Source: Candidatus Helarchaeota ASGARD archaeon Hel_GB_B
GTDB lineage: Archaea > Asgardarchaeota > Lokiarchaeia > Helarchaeales > HEL-GB-B
DNA: 5,616 bases
NCBI GenBank assembly: GCA_005191425.1
Contig: SUPR01000167.1
Coordinates: 1 to 5,616, forward strand
Direction of reading: 5' to 3'
A program made the position numbers and the translations under genes. This document shows positions 1 to 5,616 of the stretch, piece after piece; within the stretch, counting starts at the first letter, position 1, and the number at the start of each line of letters is the position of its first letter. Below the pieces are notes generated by a model, which searched no databases, was not told the DNA's origin, and was given only the letters and a program-made list of their open reading frames with translations.

Positions 1-1
1 T

Positions 2-865
2 TTTTCAATTTCTATTAAATATATTGAAAAATTAAAAAATGAACTATCGGATTTAATTCCCAATAAACTATTAGATAGTTTAAATGGTAAGAAAAAATTA
101 ATACTAATTCCACACGATATATTACACCTTTATCCGTGGGAAATTGTTGAAAAAATTTCGTTAAAAGTCCCGATTGTTAGGAGTTATTCACTCTCAATCT
201 TAAAATCATGTATAAACCGAGAAAAACAAGATCAGGGATTTCTCTTAATTTCAAATCCAAATTTTAATTTAGAACAGTTAGATTTACCTGGTGCAGATTA
301 TGAAATCAAATCAATTATTTCTTTAATCGAAGGCACAAATTCAAAATATGATTTACTAAAACATGAGGAAGCTAATGAACCCAATTTTATCGATAAATTG
401 AAAAATCCATATGGTATTATTCATTTTGCGGGCCATGGAACTTACAACTTAATCGGTGAGGATTCATGGATGAGTGGACTTCTTTTTTATGACCGAGAGG
501 GTTATGAATTATTAACAATAACAGATATAATAAATACCAGATTTAGTACGACGCCGCTCTTCATTTTGAGCGCATGTGAAACAGCTAGAAGTGAATTTAA
601 TGTTGGTGATGAATTGGTAGGTATTATTAGGGGTATTACATTAGCTGGTTCAACATCCATCATTGCTACTAATTGGCTACTCTCTGATGAAGTTGCACCA
701 TATTTTATGAAAAAATTTTATGAGAATTTTTTAAATGGACATGATGTCTGCGATAGCCTATTTAATGCCCGCAAATATGTTTATGACCTCAATAATGGAA
801 CTTTTAAAAGTCCAATTTATTGGGGAGTGTATTCATTATATGGAAATCCATTTAAGAAATTTTGA
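2..865 (+). CDS. CHAT domain-containing protein (caspase-fold cysteine protease), 5'-partial; N-terminus lies upstream of the window
   Basis: Manual translation shows the frame of the 398..865 ORF has no stop from base 2 (FSISIKYIEKLKNELSDLIPNKLLDSLNGKKKLILIPHDILHLYPWE...LDLPGADYEI...), so TTG-398 is an internal Leu and 287 aa are visible. CHAT hallmarks appear in the expected order: LILIPHDILHLYPWE, LPGADYE, catalytic-His motif IIHFAGHG (His codon 434-436), catalytic-Cys motif LSACET (Cys codon 575-577), GDELVGIIRGITLAGSTSIIATNWLLSD, and C-terminal PIYWGVYSLYG. Stop TGA at 863-865. Confidence 0.93.
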   Translation, partial: FSISIKYIEKLKNELSDLIPNKLLDSLNGKKKLILIPHDILHLYPWEIVEKISLKVPIVRSYSLSILKSCINREKQDQGFLLISNPNFNLEQLDLPGADYEIKSIISLIEGTNSKYDLLKHEEANEPNFIDKLKNPYGIIHFAGHGTYNLIGEDSWMSGLLFYDREGYELLTITDIINTRFSTTPLFILSACETARSEFNVGDELVGIIRGITLAGSTSIIATNWLLSDEVAPYFMKKFYENFLNGHDVCDSLFNARKYVYDLNNGTFKSPIYWGVYSLYGNPFKKF

Positions 866-886
866 TTGTATGATGTCTATAACCAG

Positions 887-907
887 AATTGAAAAAACAA
901 ATTGAAA
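887..907 (-). terminator. Possible archaeal-type oligo-T terminator for the WD40 gene
   Basis: Minus strand reads TTTCAATTTGTTTTTTCAATT (T6 tract at 892-897) about 20-40 nt after the WD40 stop, with no GC hairpin. Confidence 0.35.
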
Positions 908-927
908 TTTGGAAAATAAGCATCCAT

Positions 928-2070
928 TTAATCTTTAATTAAATCATCTAAGCTGAAAACTTTTTCAGATTTTTTATTTATTTCCAGATCATCCAATATT
1001 TCTTTTGTAATATCTTTTATCTCTTTTTCTTCCTTCTTTTTTAATTCATATAAAATCTTTTTTAAATGTAATATTTTGTCTCTTCCACCTACAGCTAAAT
1101 ACATCCCATTTGGAGAAAATTTAACATCATGTAAGATCGATTTATAGAAAAATATATACATTAACTCACTTGTTTTAATATCCCATAATTGTAATGTTCC
1201 ATCTTGTCCACACGATGCGATCGTTAGTCCATCTTGAGAAAAATCAACTGCATTTACGGAGCCATGATAACCTTTAGATAACGGAACTTCTTTTTCAGTT
1301 TGTTTTTTTCCCCATCTATATCCATCTAAACCAAAATGTCCGCTATGATTTACTATACATTTAAGTGTTTTTAAATTAAATACTCTAACAGTTGCATCTA
1401 GAGCCCCCGCTACTATAAAATTACCGTCCGATGAAAATCTTACTGAAAAAATTTGCCATTTTTTTCGATAACTGGGTGGCACTTTTTTATCGTCAAATAA
1501 ACGAGAAACATAATCTTTCCCTTTAAAAGATATAATTTGTTTTCCACTTGGAAATTCCCATATACGTAGGGTATGATCTTTTGAACCTGATGCTAATAAT
1601 TTACCATCAGGTGAGAAATCGACTGAACTTATACCACTTTCGTGCCCTTTTATTTTTTTCAATAATTTTCCTTTTGGTAATTTCCAAATTTTTATTAATG
1701 CATCTTCACCTCCAGTTACAATAAATTTACCATCTGGAGAATATCTTGGGGAACTTATTTTCATACCATTAGGGTCGATTTCACGAATTAATTCTCCAGT
1801 TTCAATATTCCAGATCTTGATTTTGTTTGATGAATCGGTAACAATATTTTTTCCATCTGGAGAATAATTTATAAAGTAAATTGAACAATCATCTTCTATT
1901 TTTTGTTCTAATTCATAATTGCTCAAATTCCAAATAAGAATTTCATTGCCCAATCCAGCTGATGCAATACTTTTACCATCAGGAGAGAAGTCCAAACAAT
2001 AAATACGACTCTTATGCCCTTCCAGATCTATTGATTCCACTATTTTTAATGGATTTTCAATATCGCTCAT
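928..2070 (-). CDS. WD40-repeat (7-bladed beta-propeller) protein with C-terminal charged tail
   Basis: 380-aa ORF with seven recognisable WD40 units (cores FSPDGK, YSPDGK, YSPDGK, FSPDGK, FSSDGN, FSQDGL, FSPNGM; the first six end in IWN, IWN, IWK, IWE, VFN, LWD, and the seventh is degenerate). GH dipeptides occur in units 1, 4 and 6. SD-like AAGGA lies about 12 nt upstream of the ATG on the minus strand. Confidence 0.95.
   Translation of the reverse strand: MSDIENPLKIVESIDLEGHKSRIYCLDFSPDGKSIASAGLGNEILIWNLSNYELEQKIEDDCSIYFINYSPDGKNIVTDSSNKIKIWNIETGELIREIDPNGMKISSPRYSPDGKFIVTGGEDALIKIWKLPKGKLLKKIKGHESGISSVDFSPDGKLLASGSKDHTLRIWEFPSGKQIISFKGKDYVSRLFDDKKVPPSYRKKWQIFSVRFSSDGNFIVAGALDATVRVFNLKTLKCIVNHSGHFGLDGYRWGKKQTEKEVPLSKGYHGSVNAVDFSQDGLTIASCGQDGTLQLWDIKTSELMYIFFYKSILHDVKFSPNGMYLAVGGRDKILHLKKILYELKKKEEKEIKDITKEILDDLEINKKSEKVFSLDDLIKD
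1600..1986 (-). repeat. DNA-level near-identical 15-mers encoding SPDGK in WD40 blades 1-4
   Basis: Plus-strand tttaccatcaggaga (1972-1986), ttttccatctggaga (1849-1863), tttaccatctggaga (1726-1740) and tttaccatcaggtga (1600-1614), spaced 123, 123 and 126 nt. This is an intragenic coding repeat. Confidence 0.85.
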
Positions 2071-2075
2071 GCTTT

Positions 2076-2188
2076 AACAAATCCTTTAAACGAAAATTTT
2101 AGGAAACAAAATATTTTAGCATTTATAAATATTCCTAATTAATTTATTGTCTATTTTAAATATTAATTAGTTAGATAAAGGATTTGTT
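2076..2188. repeat. Perfect 13-bp inverted repeat pair (AACAAATCCTTTA / TAAAGGATTTGTT), 87-nt spacer
   Basis: aacaaatccttta at 2076-2088 is the exact reverse complement of taaaggatttgtt at 2176-2188. Confidence 0.85.
2121..2138 (-). promoter_or_regulatory. Candidate BRE/TATA promoter of the WD40 gene
   Basis: Palindromic ATTTATAAAT (2121-2130) is preceded on the minus strand by purine-rich TTAGGAAT, about 50 nt upstream of the ATG at 2070. The AT-rich context lowers specificity. Confidence 0.45.
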
Positions 2189-2451
2189 TTATTAAAATGA
2201 TTTCGTCAAATCAAAATACGCTAAATTAAAAGGAAATTTATTAAAATATTCTATAATTATTCTTTACTTTATTCATAAATATAATAATATAATTCAACTA
2301 TTTTTACTATAATAGATTTATATTTACTTTTAATATTTTTCGCAACATTTTGCTCAATATCCCATGTATACTCCCCTTATTTCTACTAATATTAAAAAAT
2401 CTCTCTTAATTTTATCTCTCTAAAAATGAAATTATTTATTATATATTAAAC

Positions 2452-2481
2452 AAAAAAATATTATCTTATTTATTAAAAAAA
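2452..2481 (-). terminator. Possible oligo-T terminators for the CBS gene
   Basis: Two T7 tracts on the minus strand (A7 at 2475-2481 and 2452-2458 on plus), 17-46 nt after the CBS stop. Confidence 0.4.
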
Positions 2482-2497
2482 TTATTTGGATGTGAAT

Positions 2498-2899
2498 TTA
2501 TTCCATGTCCATCTGTTGAACAAGAGGAGTCCACCTTACTAGATCAAATAAAGAAATTATTCCAATTAAGTTATCATTATCATCCATAATTGGTAATTTT
2601 TTTATGCGATTTAAGACTAGAATTCTTATTGCATCTAATAAGGACATATCTTTGCTTCCAGTTTTTAATGGAGTAGACATAATATCTTGAGCTTGCAATT
2701 CATTAGCATTTTTACCAGGGACTACAATTTTCTGGACGATATCCCTTTCAGTTATAATACCGATAGGTCTATTGTCTTTTGTAATAATAACGCTACCGAT
2801 TTCATTATTGTACATTTCTTTAACAATATCAGTAATAGTTGATGTGATATCTGCAGTCTTAACATCAATAACCATTATATCTTCAATTTTTAAAGACAT
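2498..2899 (-). CDS. Stand-alone CBS-pair (Bateman module) protein
   Basis: 133 aa. CBS1 contains IEDIM...EIGSVII...PIGIITERDIV and CBS2 contains AQDIMSTPL...IKKLPIMDDNDNLIGIISLFDLV. No additional domain. Confidence 0.93.
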   Translation of the reverse strand: MSLKIEDIMVIDVKTADITSTITDIVKEMYNNEIGSVIITKDNRPIGIITERDIVQKIVVPGKNANELQAQDIMSTPLKTGSKDMSLLDAIRILVLNRIKKLPIMDDNDNLIGIISLFDLVRWTPLVQQMDME

Positions 2900-3018
2900 T
2901 TTAAAATTTGCACACTCATCTTACTAGTAAAATTAAAAATACAAATCAAATTTATAAACTTTTTATAAATATTTAATTTATAAAAACTCATTAGATATAA
3001 AAAAATAGAGATGATATT
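2900..3018. promoter_or_regulatory. Divergent promoter region (CBS gene / dehydrogenase-kinase operon) with three TTTATAAA boxes and an SD-like site
   Basis: TTTATAAA occurs at 2951-2958, 2962-2969 and 2978-2985. There is a perfect palindrome TTACTAGTAA at 2921-2930. GAGATGAT (3008-3015) is one mismatch from the archaeal SD GAGGTGAT and ends 3 nt before ATG-3019. Confidence 0.55.
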
Positions 3019-4050
3019 ATGGGCAATATATTGATTACCGCACCATTTGATGATGAAAATTTAAAAGAGCTTAAAAAGGTAGAAGATCGAGGAATTAAGG
3101 TTTTTTATGAAAGTTGGACAGAGACGGGTAAATTGTTATTACCATATGAATTAGTTGAGAGAATACCAAAAGATGATATTGAAATATTAGTGGTAGAGGC
3201 GGAGAAAATCTTTGAAAATGTATTACAAGTACCTCAATTAAAAGTCCTTGGAGTTTGTAGAGGTAATCCTGTAGCAGTTACAGACCCCATAAAAGCAACT
3301 GAAAATGGAGTATTAATAATAAACACGCCGGGTCGTAATGCGTCCTCTGTTGCAGAGTTGACTATAGCTTTAATGATTAATTTAATAAGAAGGATTATAA
3401 TTTCCAACAATCTTGTAAAAAATAAAAAGTACGATAACCAATTGCAATTCGAACAATATACAAAATATAGAGGATTTACATTAGAAGATAAAAAAATAGG
3501 GATAATCGGACTTGGAGCAGTTGGTTTTGAGGTTGCCAAGAGATTGCAATGTTTTGAACCAGATTTATACATTTTCGACCCATATGTAGCAGAAGAAAAA
3601 ATTGAGAAAATAAAAGGGAAAAGAGTAGAATTAGAAACACTGATGGCTGAATCAGATATTATTACGATTCATGCTCCAGTAACCAAGGAGACAATAGGTA
3701 TGATAAATAAAGATATGATTTCACTGATTAAACCGACTACTTATCTAATTAATACAGCTCGTTCAGATTTGGTCGATGAAGATGCTTTGATTGACGCTTT
3801 AATCAATAAAAAAATTGCAGGGCTTGCATTGGATGTTTATAAGAAAGAGCCTTTGAGTCGTAGATCGCCTCTTTTAAAATTGCCTAGTGATTTAAATGTG
3901 ATTTTAACATCACATATTGGAGGAGCTACTTATAACACAATAGTTAATCATTCTAAGATGATTGTAGAAAATATAAAATTATATTTAGATGGAAGAGTTC
4001 CAAAAAATGTATATAATAAAGATGTATTAACCAAATTTAATTTAAAATGA
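3019..4050 (+). CDS. D-isomer-specific 2-hydroxyacid dehydrogenase family protein (NAD-dependent; SerA/GhrB fold, no ACT domain)
   Basis: 343 aa. Motifs: NTPGRNASSVAELT, Rossmann GIIGLGAVG, acidic DPY (NAD preference), DIITIHAP, and the catalytic Arg/Glu/His in NTARS, DVYKKEP and TSHIGGAT. Confidence 0.93.
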   Translation: MGNILITAPFDDENLKELKKVEDRGIKVFYESWTETGKLLLPYELVERIPKDDIEILVVEAEKIFENVLQVPQLKVLGVCRGNPVAVTDPIKATENGVLIINTPGRNASSVAELTIALMINLIRRIIISNNLVKNKKYDNQLQFEQYTKYRGFTLEDKKIGIIGLGAVGFEVAKRLQCFEPDLYIFDPYVAEEKIEKIKGKRVELETLMAESDIITIHAPVTKETIGMINKDMISLIKPTTYLINTARSDLVDEDALIDALINKKIAGLALDVYKKEPLSRRSPLLKLPSDLNVILTSHIGGATYNTIVNHSKMIVENIKLYLDGRVPKNVYNKDVLTKFNLK

Positions 4051-4075
4051 TATTTAGAAATGATAGGTTTTTATA

Positions 4076-5605
4076 ATGTCAGAAGATTATTTAATGGCAA
4101 TTGATGCAGGGACTGGAGGTTCAAGATGTTTAATTTTTAATACAGAAGGGGAGTTAATATCATTAGAATATAGCGAATGGAAATTTGAGAATCGCGAAGA
4201 TTTAGGATATATGGCAAAAGAATTTAATGCAGATACTTTTTGGGAAAAGATAATAACAACAATTAAACTTGCAATTCAAAACTCAAAGATCGACCCCAAA
4301 AAAATCCGGGGAATTTCAGCCACATCATATCGTGAAGGAGTAATTTTACTGGACGAAAACGGAAAAGAACTTTACTCTGCACCAGCGGATGATATGCGTG
4401 CATTAAGTCAAGGTATGGATATACTTCAAAAATATGGAGATAAAATTTATAAAATAACAGGTAGATTACCACCTTTTTTATTTGCTTCAGCAAAAATATC
4501 TTGGTTTAAAGAGAAAAGACCAGAGATTTATAAAAGAATTCATATGTTGTTGATGATGAATGATTGGATTATATACAAACTTTCGGGAAAATATAGTAGT
4601 GACCCCTCTTCCGCTTGTGAAACAGAACTTTTTGATGTTACGAAACGTATTTGGTCAAAAGAATTAATACAATTATTAGATTTACCTGAAAATATTTATC
4701 CACCAATTTATAATGCTGGGACTCAAGTTGGTGAAATAACTAAGGAAGTTGCTATTAAAACTGGACTGGTTGAAGGAACACCAGTGGTAGTAGGTGGGGG
4801 TGATAGTGAATGCTGTCTTTTAGGAATGGGATTAATTAATGAAGGTGATGTGGGAATAATAACTGGGACTACGACACCCATTCAAATGGTAATTGATAAA
4901 CCAATTTTCAATTCAAAAAAATTATGGACTAATTGTCATCTTATTCCAGGAAAATGGAATATTGAGGCTAACTCTGGTCCTTCAGGAAAAATATTTCGGT
5001 GGTTGCGGGATACTCTATCTAAATATGAATATGAAAAAGCTAAAAGCCTAAATAAAAATCCATTCACATTCATGGATGAATTGGTTAGGTCTATCCCACC
5101 AGGCTCAAATGGATGTTTTGCATTTTTAGGGCCAATGATTTGTGATTGGAGCGAAATCAAGCCCTTGGGTTATGGCGGATTTCTAATTCCATTACCAATA
5201 GAGCCAGAAAAAAACCATGCTAAAGGACAAATCCTCCGGTCTTACCTAGAAAATATGGCGTATGTTTTAAAATTAAATTGCGACCAAATAGAAGAAATAT
5301 CAGGCATAGAAATAAAGGAAATTAATATAAGTGGTGGTCTGACTAATTCTTCAGAATTCAACGAAATTGTAGTAAATACAATTAACCGCCCAACTAAAAT
5401 TTTTAAGCAATCAGAATCTACTGGTCTTGGAGCAGCAATTTGTGCTGCCATTGGGGCAGGGTTATTTGATAATTTTGAAAGTGCAATTGATTCAATGAGC
5501 CATCTTAAAAAAACTTTGCTCCCTGATAAGAAGATGGTAAAAATATATAGAAAAGGAATTAAAAAATGGAAGAAATTTCATAAAATTTTAGAAAAAATGA
5601 ATTGA
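4076..5605 (+). CDS. FGGY-family carbohydrate kinase, LsrK (autoinducer-2 kinase)-like
   Basis: 509 aa. Motifs: phosphate-1 YLMAIDAGTG, SYREG, DPS, GTPVVVGGGD, HLIPG, RWLRD, PPGSNG, SGG and TGLGAAICAAIGAG. Several match E. coli LsrK as recalled from memory (YLMALDAGTG, SMREG, GTPVVVGGGD, HVIPG, RWFRD, PPGSWG). It starts 25 nt after the dehydrogenase stop, with SD-like TAGGT at 4064-4068. FGGY assignment is secure, but the substrate is not. Confidence 0.9.
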   Translation: MSEDYLMAIDAGTGGSRCLIFNTEGELISLEYSEWKFENREDLGYMAKEFNADTFWEKIITTIKLAIQNSKIDPKKIRGISATSYREGVILLDENGKELYSAPADDMRALSQGMDILQKYGDKIYKITGRLPPFLFASAKISWFKEKRPEIYKRIHMLLMMNDWIIYKLSGKYSSDPSSACETELFDVTKRIWSKELIQLLDLPENIYPPIYNAGTQVGEITKEVAIKTGLVEGTPVVVGGGDSECCLLGMGLINEGDVGIITGTTTPIQMVIDKPIFNSKKLWTNCHLIPGKWNIEANSGPSGKIFRWLRDTLSKYEYEKAKSLNKNPFTFMDELVRSIPPGSNGCFAFLGPMICDWSEIKPLGYGGFLIPLPIEPEKNHAKGQILRSYLENMAYVLKLNCDQIEEISGIEIKEINISGGLTNSSEFNEIVVNTINRPTKIFKQSESTGLGAAICAAIGAGLFDNFESAIDSMSHLKKTLLPDKKMVKIYRKGIKKWKKFHKILEKMN

Positions 5606-5616
5606 ATTCATTAATT

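Noticed and set aside
398-865. TTG at 398 as the start of a 155-aa protein
   Set aside because: The frame is open upstream to base 2 and encodes further CHAT motifs, so the TTG is an internal Leu.
887-907. Two AATTGAAA copies resembling the ATTGAAA(C/G) end of archaeal CRISPR repeats
   Set aside because: They are only 13 nt apart, with no full-length repeat or spacer periodicity and no cas genes. They are better explained as a T-rich terminator or chance.
1600-1986. Regularly spaced 15-mers as a CRISPR-like or diversity-generating repeat
   Set aside because: They are in-frame codons for the SPDGK turn of WD40 blades. The 123-126 nt spacing equals the blade length, and there is no reverse transcriptase or template repeat in the window.
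2263-2330. TTTACTTT direct repeats 60 nt apart, and other short AT-only repeats in the spacer
   Set aside because: These are expected by chance in low-complexity, highly AT-rich sequence.
3234-3572. 112-aa minus-strand ORF
   Set aside because: It lies fully antisense to the well-supported dehydrogenase and has no recognisable motifs, so it is a shadow ORF.
3019-4050. Assigning the symbol serA to the dehydrogenase
   Set aside because: It lacks the ACT/regulatory domain and the canonical substrate loop, and its context is catabolic. Only a family-level call is supported.
4060-4104. Alternative ATG at 4060 upstream of the kinase
   Set aside because: It is out of frame with the kinase and closes after a few codons, whereas ATG-4076 has an SD-like TAGGT at a suitable distance.
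4263-4493. 76-aa minus-strand ORF
   Set aside because: It is antisense to the FGGY kinase, with no motifs or expression signals.
4936-5160. 74-aa minus-strand ORF
   Set aside because: It is an antisense shadow of the kinase.
5242-5451. 69-aa minus-strand ORF
   Set aside because: It is an antisense shadow of the kinase.

Overview
Very AT-rich prokaryotic window with five well-supported genes and no RNA gene, CRISPR array or transposase. From left to right: (1) the 5'-truncated C-terminal end of a CHAT-domain (caspase-fold) protease, whose reading frame is open from base 2 rather than 398 and whose His/Cys dyad is intact; (2) a convergent 7-bladed WD40 protein with two long loop insertions and a charged tail; (3) a 427-bp AT-rich spacer containing a perfect 13-bp inverted-repeat pair that brackets the WD40 promoter region; (4) a stand-alone tandem-CBS protein; (5) a divergent probable operon of an NAD-dependent D-2-hydroxyacid dehydrogenase with an atypical substrate loop and an FGGY kinase resembling LsrK (AI-2 kinase), possibly continuing past the right edge. 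Expression signals look archaeal, and the gene content suggests an Asgard-type archaeon (inference only). The sequence does not prove a new system. The best leads are the LsrK-like kinase/dehydrogenase pair, the CHAT protease and its WD40 neighbour, and the inverted-repeat cassette.
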